A stretch of DNA of 63,018 nucleotides, the filler included, from Piptocephalis cylindrospora (taxonomy: Eukaryota): the NCBI GenBank assembly GCA_003614145.1. It is 17 parts of 17 records of this genome, joined end to end, with 100 filler letters (N's around TTAATTAATTAA, not from the genome) between each part and the next. Parts side by side here need not be neighbours in the genome. Positions count along the whole stretch, not along the records: positions 7,517 to 11,172 come from KZ988648.1; positions 11,273 to 14,927 come from KZ988649.1; positions 15,028 to 18,565 come from KZ988650.1; positions 18,666 to 22,308 come from KZ988651.1; 13 more parts are not named here. One strand, written 5' to 3'. Positions 10,834-22,408 of this stretch are shown one piece after another (the first letter of the stretch is position 1; each line of letters begins with the position of its first letter). The notes beneath the pieces are model-generated. The model did no database searches. It was not told the DNA's origin and worked only from the letters and a program-made list of their open reading frames with translations. Position numbers and translations under genes: made by a program.

Positions 10834-11674
10834 CTGTATGGATAGTGCACACAGGAAAAGGAGGACTGAGTCGGGACCCTCACCGAGAGCCAGAATCTTT
10901 TTTTCCTAGTTGACTCTCCGACCGACCGACCGACCGACCGACTGCCCAGGTGAATGGGTAGAGAGATGCACAGTCCTGGAGGGTGAGAGTTGACTTGATG
11001 GGAGGGAAACCACTCAGGTCTCCTTCATTCCCCCCCCAAACCCCAGGATGACTGTATTTCTTCCTTCATTGATGGGAGAGGAAAAGGGAAAGGGAGAGGG
11101 GGAGGGGAAGAGGTGCGCTCCCCTACCTTAGCGCCTTCCCCACCGTATCCGAAATGTGTGCATAGAGTGCAANNNNNNNNNNNNNNNNNNNNNNNNNNNN
11201 NNNNNNNNNNNNNNNNTTAATTAATTAANNNNNNNNNNNNNNNNNNNNNNNNNNNNNNNNNNNNNNNNNNNNGGCGCGGGGGCTGGGCGAGGACCATGGG
11301 ATGAGGAAGACGAGGGGAAAGGGAGGGGGAGGAGAAGGAGAGAGAGCGAGGGGGCTCAGAGAGTGACTAAAGGAAGACACAAGAGGATGCGTATACTGTC
11401 AGTGTAAATGTGTATAAGCGTGTCTCCCCTCTCCTCTAGTAGTAGTAGTAGATTCTACTGTGGAGAGAGCAATGTATGGCCTTGACTATTCTTAGAGTGT
11501 TCGTTTCCCTCAATTATCATGAGTATGGAAGAGAAGAGGGGAGGAAAGGCAAGATGGGCCTCATCACTTCAGTGCGGAGATTGAGCGCGCGTAGTTGGTG
11601 AGTGTGCGCGGATGGGAGACGGAGAGGCCGCACGGAGTTGAGATTATAAGGCATAATGATTGTCGAGGGAAGAT

Positions 11675-11676
<2 letters not shown>

Positions 11677-11706
<30 letters not shown>
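11677..11706. repeat. (GT)n microsatellite
   Basis: Direct reading. Similar AC/GT tracts at about 32165-32199 and 33293-33319. Confidence 0.95.
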
Positions 11707-11715
<9 letters not shown>

Positions 11716-11981
11716 TGTGTGTGGGTGAATGAGAGTCTAAAGGATAAGGTCATTCCCGTCTTATGGCCAATCACTCCTTCCATGCGTGAGGGAGGAGTGT
11801 AGTAGCACTAGCAGTAAATAGCGAAATGAAGGGATGGGTGCTGTGGGGGGGAGGAGGGTATGTGGGAAAATTGGCTCATTTTTGAAGAAAATTCAGTGGC
11901 CGTTTGGAAAAAAAGTCCCAAGCCTGAGCTCACTTGTGTAGATCCTGTTGCTGAATTTCCTGTCCTGACCATTCCCCCCAA

Positions 11982-12058
11982 TCTGTGACAATGATGTGAA
12001 TTTGCCTAGCCTTTTGGGTGCATTTTCCCCATAAGGCATACATTTTTCAACAACGAAA
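11982..12058. repeat. Dispersed repeat copy (subfamily A)
   Basis: TGTGAATTTG..TAGCCTTTTGGGTGCATTTTCCCCAT..TTTTCAACAACGAA aligns by eye with 7863-7940. Confidence 0.85.
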
Positions 12059-12668
12059 AGCCCCATTGAGCAAGTCAAGGGAGAGATGACATTTTAAAAA
12101 TCAATAGCAATCATATGAACTATTTCCCTATGATCCCTTCTCCCGGGTGTGGGCCATCGCCCATCTAATATTTGGTATGGAGGTCAGGAAATAAATGGGT
12201 TTTCAAAGCAAAGCCATCATCCATCTTACACACCCGATCTTAAGAGAGGTTGGAGGAAGACGAATTCATGAACCCTGATCACCGTCCCGCGAATCACTCA
12301 GGATAAAGGAGAAAAAGGAAGCACAAACCCTTTCCTGACCCACCAGAGGGTCAGGGGAATTCCCGAGTCAGGAGGAAGAGGAGGCAGTGGGTCCGGAACA
12401 CACGGACCCTTTCCCCCTTGCATCAGACTCATCGGCCTCATCCTTTACAGGGCATATTGACCATGCATCCACCCTACCTTAATCCATGGCTTTCATCCTG
12501 CTGCATTGTACCGTCATACATTCTATTGGGGGTGATGGATCGTAAAGAAAGCCTCTTCTAGCCTATAAATGGATATCATCTTTTCCTTATACCCCCTCCA
12601 CCTCATCCTCTCCATTCATCCTGACCGCTCCTATTCTATCCTATCCCATCCTATCCTATCCTAACACC

Positions 12669-13163
12669 ATGCACATTCAAAGTCTCATTGTTCTCCTCTC
12701 CCTTCCGGTCTTAGCATGGGCCGGGGTAAAATCCATTGACACGCCAATGGCCCCCTTGGTTCCAGGAAGCAAGATGACTTTGAACTGGAGCTTTGATGAA
12801 ACTCCCTGGACATCCCCCGTTGCTGGACTCGAGCTGGTCAGTCGGGACAAGGGCTCGGTCACCTTTATCGACAAGCAAATCAGTCCGGCGACCGGCCATT
12901 ACACCTGGAACATCCCTGCTGAGACCGCCGAGGGCACCTACTATGTTCGTCTCACAGGCCAGGGAAACCCCCGTTTCACCGGCGACTTTCACATCAACGA
13001 CAAGGATGGCACGGTCCACGCTAAGAGCGATGGGTCTGGTGCCTCCCCCGGCACCGCCGGGGCCGCCACCTCCGGTGGTCCCAGCACCCTCATCGCCCAA
13101 GGCATGGCCTTGACCTCCATGTCTGGCGCAGTGGCCATGGCTCTTGGAGCCTTTTTCCTCTAA
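12669..13163 (+). CDS. Small secreted, probably GPI-anchored protein (Kre9/Knh1-like Ig-fold, Ser/Thr-rich family)
   Basis: Signal peptide, PGSKMTLNW..YTWNIP...GTYYVRL...FTGDFHI, G/S/A/T linker, hydrophobic C-terminus. TATAAA at about 12564. Confidence 0.8.
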   Translation: MHIQSLIVLLSLPVLAWAGVKSIDTPMAPLVPGSKMTLNWSFDETPWTSPVAGLELVSRDKGSVTFIDKQISPATGHYTWNIPAETAEGTYYVRLTGQGNPRFTGDFHINDKDGTVHAKSDGSGASPGTAGAATSGGPSTLIAQGMALTSMSGAVAMALGAFFL

Positions 13164-13991
13164 AATGCCCCCATCCATGTACTTCAATAGAGTTTCGTGT
13201 GTCCATTTCCCACTCCTGTTGTTCCGTCACGACGGTGCTATGAGTGTGAGGGCTCGAGCATTCAGGGGAGAGGAGGAGAAGGCAATGTACTGGCTCATAG
13301 CATGACCCATCGGTAAAAGCAATGATGTATCTCTCTCTACCGGTGTCCATGAAAAGAGTACATTCCCATTAAAGAAATCCATCGACACACCTCCCCACAC
13401 CCCACTTTCATCCGCCCAGAGGAAAAAGACACACGATACATGCAGATAGGCAACCCTGCATGATGAGCTTCTACCGTCTCCTTAACAACAGGGTCCGTGC
13501 TTTGCTCCGCTCACAACTTCCCCTTGTCGTATCAGGGTTCACTCTCCATTCGAGGGGGGAGAAAGGACTGGAAGAGGGAGGCAGGGAAGGCAGAGATGAC
13601 ACGGTCACGAACGTGTCTTCTACGCATGAGGCCTTTATGGTATCCTAACTCCATCGGGTGCAAGAAAGGGGGTGGAGATAGGGGTATAATGGAAGATGAA
13701 TTGGGTGGTAGTGTAGTCATGGACTCTCATCCACCACTCCCATCTTCAACACACCCCTTCCCCTGACTACTAGAATGGACCGGTCAAGTTGGACATGCAA
13801 ACACCCTACCCTTCCAGATCCTACCCTTCCAGATCTCATTCTTCCATGTCAATGGTATAAAAATCATGGAGAGCTAGATCTAATCCTAGTATGTCCCATT
13901 CATCTACTAGCACCGCCCTATCCCATCCCATCCCTCCTGTATTCATCCTCTCCCCAATACATCTACCCCCCCTCTCCCAAAAACATACAAG

Positions 13992-14570
13992 ATGCAAATG
14001 CAAATCCTCTCGTCCATCCTCCCCCTCCTCGGCATGACCATGCTTCAGGCACCAGGGGTCCTTGGTGGTATTCAGACCATCACCACCCCCAACCCTCCCC
14101 TGGTCCCCGGAAATAACATGTCCATCATCTGGCAATTGGACAGTACCCCTAATCCCGCTGGAGCTTCCGTGGAACTCATCAACACCGTCACCAACCAGGT
14201 CATCCCTATTTCCAAGGCCGTCGATATCCCCAAGGGCGGTTTGGAGTGGGCCATGCCCACTACACTCTCCGAAGGCGACTACTACCTTCGTATGACCAGC
14301 CCCGGCTCCTCTCCAAAGTTCACCGGATTCTTCCATAGTAAGTTCGTCATGAGGAACGCATGAACTCCTCACTCAGCTCACTCTGCCTCCTCCTTCACCC
14401 TAGTTAACAATGCTGATGGTACCAGGTCTGCATCTGCCTCCCCCGATCCCAGTGCCCCTATCGGTAACAGCGCTAGCCCCGCGGCCCCAAAGAGGGACGC
14501 CTTCTCACCCTCCCCTCCCTCCCTCCTTCTCTCCACCCTCCCCATCGCCCCTTCTGTCCTGTCTCTCTAG
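13992..14570 (+). CDS. Tandem paralog of the secreted/GPI-type protein (2 exons)
   Basis: PGNNMSIIW..LEWAMP..GDYYLRM..FTGFFH. Intron 14338-14403 (GTAAGT..CTAG) restores FHINNADGT, matching FHINDKDGT of the paralog. Stop TAG at 14568-14570. Confidence 0.8.
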
Positions 14571-17457
14571 AAGGGATTATGATCTCCTTCTCCATGCTAG
14601 GTGGGCCTCATCCTCAGATCATGAGCGTATGTGTATAGCCAAGCCCCTGTCAGGAGGCAAAGGCGCGTTGGAATGAGGAGAAGCATGAGACAATCTAGCT
14701 CTTCTTTGATCACGTGATAAATTGCTTATCCTACTTTTCTCTTCAAGTAATAATGCTCATATTTTTTTGTGTGGAGAAATTATATAAAAAAACAGGTCGT
14801 ACATGGCGATATGGGGCTCTTCAATGGGGAAAGAAGCCTTTTATCACGTTAGTGCCATCCCATCATCCTATCGTATGTACAAGGGTTTTATTATTGTTAT
14901 CAAGGGATAAGAGACAATTCCGTCCTGNNNNNNNNNNNNNNNNNNNNNNNNNNNNNNNNNNNNNNNNNNNNTTAATTAATTAANNNNNNNNNNNNNNNNN
15001 NNNNNNNNNNNNNNNNNNNNNNNNNNNGCTCAGGAGGTGAGGAGATTCAAACTATTGCTCTCTCAAGGCAATAAAACCAAGGTAGCGGTGAGGAGAGGAT
15101 TGAAAGTGGAGGGGTGAGGAGAGAGTGAGTAGTGAGTGAGTGAATGAGTGCAGGACAGCAAGAGTGGATGTGTCCAGGAATGTGTGGTGCTGAAGGGGGG
15201 GAGGAGGGAAGAGAGTGGAGGGGAAAGAGGATTGGTGGAGCAAGAAGAAAGAAGGAATGATAACGGGAAGGAGAAGGGCGACTGGTTCACTTTCCCTTTT
15301 TGTGCTTGTCTTTTTGAGTCTTCTGGTCCAGAGAGCCGTTCGTGTGTGTGTATATGTATGTGTGTGGGCGGGCGCGCCTTGGCTTGGATCGGAGAGTGAG
15401 GGTTCTGAGGACGACTCACAGTGTGTGTATCTCCATTCTCGTCTCGCTCTCTCTGTGTCTGTGTGTGTGTGTGTAGGTAGGACTCTTAATGTCTCGGCAA
15501 GAGGGTGCTCCCCTTCACTCTTCTCCCCTTTAGATGCCATGGACCCAATCATCGTCCTCACACATGAGTCTGTTTTGGTCGAGTGAGAGAGGGCTCCTGC
15601 CCTTCACTCAGTGTACACTAGGTAATTTGACTGAAAACAGCCTGGAATTTTACTCTTTCATATCTACACGCTGAATAAATTCCGGCTCAAGTTAGAAGGT
15701 GCCAAGACCCGTACTAAAGAGGGAGAGAAGGGAAAGAGTCTCTCAGGGGTCATGGGACCTAGCATGGGATTGGTCCGTTGAGACAGCCCGGATCTCTGAT
15801 TGGTTCATGCACCTAGGCCAGTGTGAGAGGAGGGAAAGAACCTCACACACACATCCATGATCCAGTGGGGCCCCGTTTCTTATATGACACTTGGCAAGTG
15901 GGGAAACACATTCATCCTCCGCACCCTGGTTGTGGAGAGAGGAGATCAAGAGAGGAGGGAGGGGCACCCACTAGCTGGTGGCTTTTATTCTCCCGATTGG
16001 GTAAACAGTTCTGCCCACACCCTGTCACTTTCAAGCTCCTCTAAAGAAAGAGGGAAAATACATATTAAAATGGCTGGGATTTGAAAAGATGATGTGCGGT
16101 ACCTGACAGGGAGGAGGGGACGCTGATAGAGGTAGAGATGGAGATGGAGATGGTTGAAATGAAGGGAAGCACACACGAAAGTGACAAAGATGGAAGGTCA
16201 ATGCACCGACACGGAGAGAGACAGCCCCCTGTGTTCCCTGAATCCATTGACCCTGGGTCGCTGGCCGGTTCAGTGATTTACACTCCCCTGCTCACGAGAC
16301 ATTCCAAGCACGGTGAGGTGAAAGAGGATCTCGAGTGGACCTCAAGGGTGAGGGACCGTGGGATCGCCATGAGGAATCACTTTTAAGGCCATTTGCCCTA
16401 CTCTTTTCAGCCTTCCCTGCCCCTGCATCATCCGTCCAGCCCTATTTTCCTCCCCTGGTGAATATCTTCTTGATACCCCCATCAATCATACATGGTATCT
16501 ATAATCGAAAATTTCTTTCTTTTCACTGCCAAAAAGAATGGTTCTTTTGAGAGAGAATAAAAGGGAGACAAAGACGAGAGAGGTGGAGAGAGGACGAGGT
16601 CAAATGAGGGGCTGGATAGAGCATTACTCCCGCACATCAGCCTCCCTGCCCTTCCTACAGGTCTTCACACATCACCATCACCATCACCATTATCATCACC
16701 ATCATCGCTCACAGACGTGTAAGGCACCAACAAATACCGGGAAAGAACCTCGGCTATTTTAAAACATGACTCTCTCCACTTTGTCCCACCGGAATTCAGT
16801 AGGGTGATGTCCGAAAGCGCTTTAGCGCTATGAACGCCAGCTCTACTACGCATCCCCCCCCCCCTCAAGGATGCATGGGTAGTCCGCACTCACTCTATCG
16901 CAATGTGCGCCCTTCCAATTATAGCCAGATCTTCCGTCTCCCACCATTGCCAAGGCCATCGTTGCCAACAGCCATTTCCGCCCTTCTCTACAGAAGAAAC
17001 ACCACATCTCACACCGCCCACTCATAGTATCGTCTCTTGCTCCTTCCTGGTGTCCAGGGTGTACCTAGCGATGGAAGGAGGAGGAGGAGAGGAGGAGGAG
17101 CTTACTCACACATCCACCCACCAGATAGGAACCTCCCCCAGAAGAAAGGATGCATAAACGGGCTAAACAGGGATTCGGGACAACGGTCGGGAGCAGGGTC
17201 TGGGACCGAAAGAAGAGGGGTATATCAATGAAGAGTGTCGCTTTCCTAATTCCTTCTGGCACTTCCCTTGCTCCTATCCCGCCCCTCCTCCCTCCCTTCA
17301 TCATTTCCTTGCATCCACCCCTCCCCCCCTCCACTCTCTCTCCCCCCCCCTCCCCCCCCCCTTCCGTCCTTTGTACCGACGGACTCTCTTGACTTAACTT
17401 GTCCAGTGTGTTCGAGCTGTTCATCCTCATCCCCCATACTCTACTAGCAACACAATC

Positions 17458-18522
17458 ATGGTCAACCTCTGCACATGTACTATCCCCATTACACTACCCA
17501 GCTCGAGCTTGTCCTCCCGTCTCACTACCCTCTTTCTCACTACTGCCCTCTTGATCCTTAGCCTTTCCACCCCTCTCTGGGCACATACCTCCTCCGCCGA
17601 TCATGGTCGACTCGCCCAGTATGAATTGCTCTCCCCAACCTCGGTCCAGTTCGAGCTCTTGCCCAGGAAACACCGGTCTGGGGCCGCTTCCATGCCCTCT
17701 AGCTCACATACCCTCCAGCATGATGATGCCTTTCGGCTCTCTTTTACCGCCTACAACCAGACCTTTTACCTCCATATGCGTCCCAACCATGCCATCCTCC
17801 ATCCCAAGGCAAAGGTCACTATGCATGGTCAGGGCAATGAAAACGCCACGGTCAAGGCCCTAACCCCCCAAGACTTTCGCATCTACCGAGGCGTCGTCTA
17901 CGATAAGATCCATTCCGATTCCCGGTGGAAGGCTCTGACCGGCAGGTCCCCCTCCCGTCCAGCCTCCAACCCCATCCTAGAGGATCTGTTCCCCTCCTTC
18001 CCCAGCCATGGACTCCTAAACGCCTCCTTCCCCCAGACCCATACCATGGAGGAGGAGGGAGAAGAGGAGGACGAGTCCTTTCCGGGTGTTCTAGGCTGGT
18101 CACGCATCACTGTTCATCACCATCGCTCCCTGGACACCCGGGACCCGGGTAGTCTGGTTTTCGAGGGCTCTTTTACCTTGGGTTCCGAGCTCTACCACGT
18201 CAAGCACGCCGACACTTGGGATATTGTCCGCCGCCACGATGATCCCCTCCTCCCCTCCCCGTCCTCCCGTCCCGAGGCCCTCCGCTACTCCCAGCTCATG
18301 CTCTATCGGGATGCTGACAAGATGCACAAGAATCATCAATCCGGCCAGTGGTCCACGGGTGAATCCCACGCGTGTGGCCAGACCTCCACCCATCAAGCCG
18401 CCTATTCCCACACTTCCTCCCTGACCAAGCCCATCGATACCCTCCTGGGCTCCACGGGTCATCGACGTCTTCAAAAGCGTGCAAATGCCGGTTGTCCCAC
18501 CAGCAAGATGATCCTGTATATG
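17458..18522 (+). CDS. Fungal ADAM/M12B-type metalloprotease, signal peptide and prodomain (5' part)
   Basis: Signal peptide; FRLSFTAYNQTFYLHMRPN, GWSRITVH, FEGSFT..LYHVK, MLYRD, Cys-switch-like CG, dibasic KR site then GCPTSKMILYM before a GTAAGC donor. The catalytic domain lies beyond the contig. Confidence 0.75.
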
Positions 18523-18801
18523 GTAAGCTTGCTCCATCCTCTCCCCCGTCCCCTACCCTTTCCCGNNNNNNNNNNNNNNNNNNNNNNNNNNNNNNNNNNN
18601 NNNNNNNNNTTAATTAATTAANNNNNNNNNNNNNNNNNNNNNNNNNNNNNNNNNNNNNNNNNNNNTTTATCCTACCAGGTTCAAGGAAAACTCACTTCAT
18701 TTTATCCCTCTTTCCCTTTCACTCATCCTGGGCAGCCCGTCCCCAGATGGCAAATTCTGTTCATCCCCATTTCTGCACTCTCTAGATACCCAGTTCCCCG
18801 C

Positions 18802-21800
18802 TTAAACATGCATCATCAAGCCAGTAGAGGCCTGGCCAACCCCACCAATCTCACACACGACACACACTCCTCCTTTGGAGGGGGCCTCGGCCTCCCCGAC
18901 CAGGTATGCCGCACCACAATACCCACACACTTCCACATCTCCGTTTCCAGTTTGCACGGGTAACGGGATAGGCTTGTAGGAGGCAGCACACACGGTAAAG
19001 GGGATATTGGCATCATAGTTGATGGCCGTGGCGTCCACGCCCTCCTGATCAGACTTGACCTTGATTTGTTTGGCCTGTGTAGTGGGGTGAAAAGGGGTAA
19101 TGTGTGAGTTGTTGTCTTTGAAAATAAATTTAAACACAAACACGTACCTGAGAGGCCACAGCACCAGTCACTCCATCCAGGTCAAGCAGCCGACGGGCAA
19201 AAGAAGCGGCCATCAAGTAGTTTCCAGCCTTGTAGTGCACCTTCATGGCTGAGTTAAGCGCCAGCTGAAGATGGCCCGGAGTCAGGTTGGTCATATGGGT
19301 AAAGTAGGCGGCGAGTTCAAGAGCTCTTCCTTGGTCCTGAGTTCCAGATCCGGTAGATACGGTCCTCCTGGACCGTTCCATCCCAAGACCCAGAATGTAC
19401 GAGACGGCCTGGGCAAGAACCTCTTGACGTCGGACCCCATATACCTCCAGGTCCTCAGCTGTCGCCTCCTCGGGGGCTCGGGTAAAGGCGAGGCGATGAA
19501 GGAGGGATCGGAAGGCTTCAATGGCCTCAGGGAACTTGCCTCGAGTGGTCAAAGAGTAGGCCGTGTGCAGAGCCGAGCCAGGTCCACCCTCGGCTAGTCG
19601 GTGCAGGCCATAAGCTTCCCCAGCAAGGGTAAGGGGAGGAGGCTCGCGGAGCAAAGGAACCTCCATCTCCCCAAGGATTCCCCCAACGGACAGATCTCCC
19701 AGAGAGGCAATAGCTGACTGGCGAATGGCGAGGAAATGGGGTTTGAGTGGGGCAAAGGCCACCACCCCGGCCTGTCGGTGCAAAAGCTGCATGGCCGTTT
19801 CCACAGACCCAGCGGCAACATGGTCCACCGCCATGGGAGATTCCCGGGTCCATCGGTCCACCGGGTCCACCCCCTCCTCCTCTTCTCCAAGACCTTCACC
19901 TTGGTCATCGGCCGGGAGGAAACCATCCTCCACCACCATCTCATCCTCTCCCCATCCTTCCCCATCTTCTTCCTCTTCTTCTTCCTCTTCTTCTTCCTCT
20001 CCATCCAGACCGACGAACCCGGTAGCGCGGCTTGCGGCGGTAGGGGCAGCCTTGGATACTCCCTCCTCAGCCTCCTCATCTTCGGCCAAGGCACCATTAT
20101 CATAGCTGGCGGCAAGACGTTCAAGCTCCACAGAGACACTGGAGGCAGGGCGCTTCAAGGGCCAATCCTGCAGGGCAGAACCGGAGACAGGGATGGGAGG
20201 ATGAAGGAGAGAACCGCCCTTACTTCCAAGTTCCACACTACCATCCTCCTCAGACTTGCCCTCTCCAGCCAGGATCTCTCGAGCTCGTTCCTCCAAGCCA
20301 TGCGTCTTGGCTGTCAGATAGGCCAAGGGGGCCTGACCAATCTCTAAGAGCATCTCCACCCTCCCTTCCACATCCCCGAGCCACATGGATGTCTCCATAC
20401 CTGCGGATCCAGTGCCGTAAATACCACCCATCCTTCCCATCCTATCCCGTTCTCCAGCTAGAGCATAAAGGAGGGAAAGGTTGCCGAGGGATCGGGATTT
20501 TTGCCAAGCCACCTCCCCAACCTGACTTTGACCTAGCTCCATGGCCCTTTCACCAAGTTTCCTCCAGCCCTGCTGGGCTCCGAGGGAACCACCAGTCGTG
20601 GCCATCCGGGCCGACCCGCCCCCAGTGCCCGCAGAGGCTTGAGCGAGCTTCTTGGCGGCCTCCATACCTTCCCGAAGGTCCCCGCACTGAAGAGCAAGGG
20701 CGAGACGGGTGGAGGGATCCCGGACGAACTGCATGGCAAGCTCGGGATGGCCCCGTTTCTGCACGTAGCCAATGACGGATTGACCGACAAGAGAGGCAGC
20801 CCCAGGACTGGACATGACTCGCATCACCGTCCCGTAATCTCGGGCAAGGAGGGCGCGCTTGAAGAGAAGTTCCACGGCCTCGAGCCGCATCTTCCCAGGG
20901 ACCGAACCACCAAGATGGCCAGATCGAGTGAGATATTGGACAGTGGAGGAGCGGACGTAAGTAAGGTAAATGGGATCCTCTAGGGTTCGAAGGACCCCAG
21001 CGTCCCCATTGGTCAGGGTGAACTTGAGATGATTGAGCGTGGTGTACACCACCATCACTCCCTGCCTTCCTGCCAGCTTGGCACAAGTAGAAGGTCCATG
21101 CTTGGACTTCTCCTCCCCTTCTTCCCCTTCCTCATCTTCATCTTCTGAGGGAGGATTCAAGGGGGAGAGACCAGAGACAAAGGAGGCAGATTTGATGCGA
21201 ATGGTCTCATGAACCTGGGATCCGAGTTCGAGGGTGGCTCGTGGGGTGAGGTAGACAAGGGAGATGGTGTGTTTGGCAACAGCCACAAGTCTTCCTCCGC
21301 CTTGGCCCCCAGGAACCACGCCGGTGCCATCACCCGTAGTATCCCACACAACATACCGAATCCCAGGGACGGCAACAGAGCCTTCAACCCGACGGGAGCC
21401 TAGACCGTAGAGGAGGAGGTGGGTGGAGGTACCAAGGAGGATGTACGGAGCACCTCCGACAGTGGCCTCGGCCTCCCCAGACGCGCCAGCGGGGGCGGGG
21501 AAACCGCTGCCATTGGCCAGGCCATAAGGCAAGGACCAGAGATGGGTAATACCAGGGTATTCAGCCCCACCCGGGTTAGTCACTGTCCGTGTGATTGCAT
21601 TGGCAAAGTCACGCACTGTCAGTGTCTGGGCTCTACGATCCAGGATGACAAAGCGCTGACGACCCACAAAGACACCAGCGCTCCCGGGACCAGTCAAGGG
21701 CTCAACATCCGAGGCGCTAGTGGTGGCAGTAGCGGAAGGGGCAGGGGAGGAGGATCCATGACTTCCCTTGAGGGCCCCAGACTTGCCCAAGACATAGAGG

Positions 21801-22308
21801 GAATAGAGACCCTCAGCAGTAGAGGGGCTATCACTACCCTCATCTCCGGTGGTGGCGGAAGTTCCGGGATGGATAACGAGCACAGCCTTTTCCTGGGGCT
21901 GATACGCCAGGGTCCTGGCCTGCTGATACTCCCCAACGCCCCCGGGAAGGGCACGAAGCCTAAGAACACCAACATCCTCTCCAGAGGCCACATCCGAGTA
22001 ACGAACCTCCCGGTCCCGGACGTACAGCATAGCGGAGGCTCCAGCAGAGGAAGAGGAGACAAGACCGGTCGATCCGAGGCTGGGAAAGAGGGGGGGTCAT
22101 GGCGGGACGTTCTCGATCTAGCTTGAAAATCAGGAGACCGCCATCGTGACCAGCAGCGAAAAGGGGAAGGGAAGGGTGGGCCGCCAGCATCCAGAAGCGC
22201 TCGTGCTCCCGACGAAAGGATTTGATGGTTTGCTTCCTCCCAAGGTCCCAGACACGGAGGGTGCGATCTTCAGAAGCGGAAAGGATGACATCAGGAAGTC
22301 GGGGATGG
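18802..22308 (-). CDS. COP1: Coatomer subunit alpha (5'-partial; apparent 1-nt frameshift near 22090-22096)
   Basis: WD40 ([36 protein letters not shown]), [60 protein letters not shown]-terminal [16 protein letters not shown]. Last intron at about 19148-19077. Confidence 0.93.
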
Positions 22309-22408
22309 NNNNNNNNNNNNNNNNNNNNNNNNNNNNNNNNNNNNNNNNNNNNTTAATTAATTAANNNNNNNNNNNNNNNNNNNNNNNNNNNNNNNNNNNN
22401 NNNNNNNN

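Noticed and set aside
10649..10852. 67-aa minus ORF ending CTG-TGA, considered as antizyme ORF1
   Set aside because: No antizyme-like ORF2 follows in the +1 frame; the overlapping frame is the more protein-like one.
15028..17450. Many 60-170 aa ORFs in the long region upstream of the ADAM gene (similar at 26145-27180 and 31830-33495)
   Set aside because: They arise from GA/CT/GT low-complexity tracts and show no protein-like motifs.
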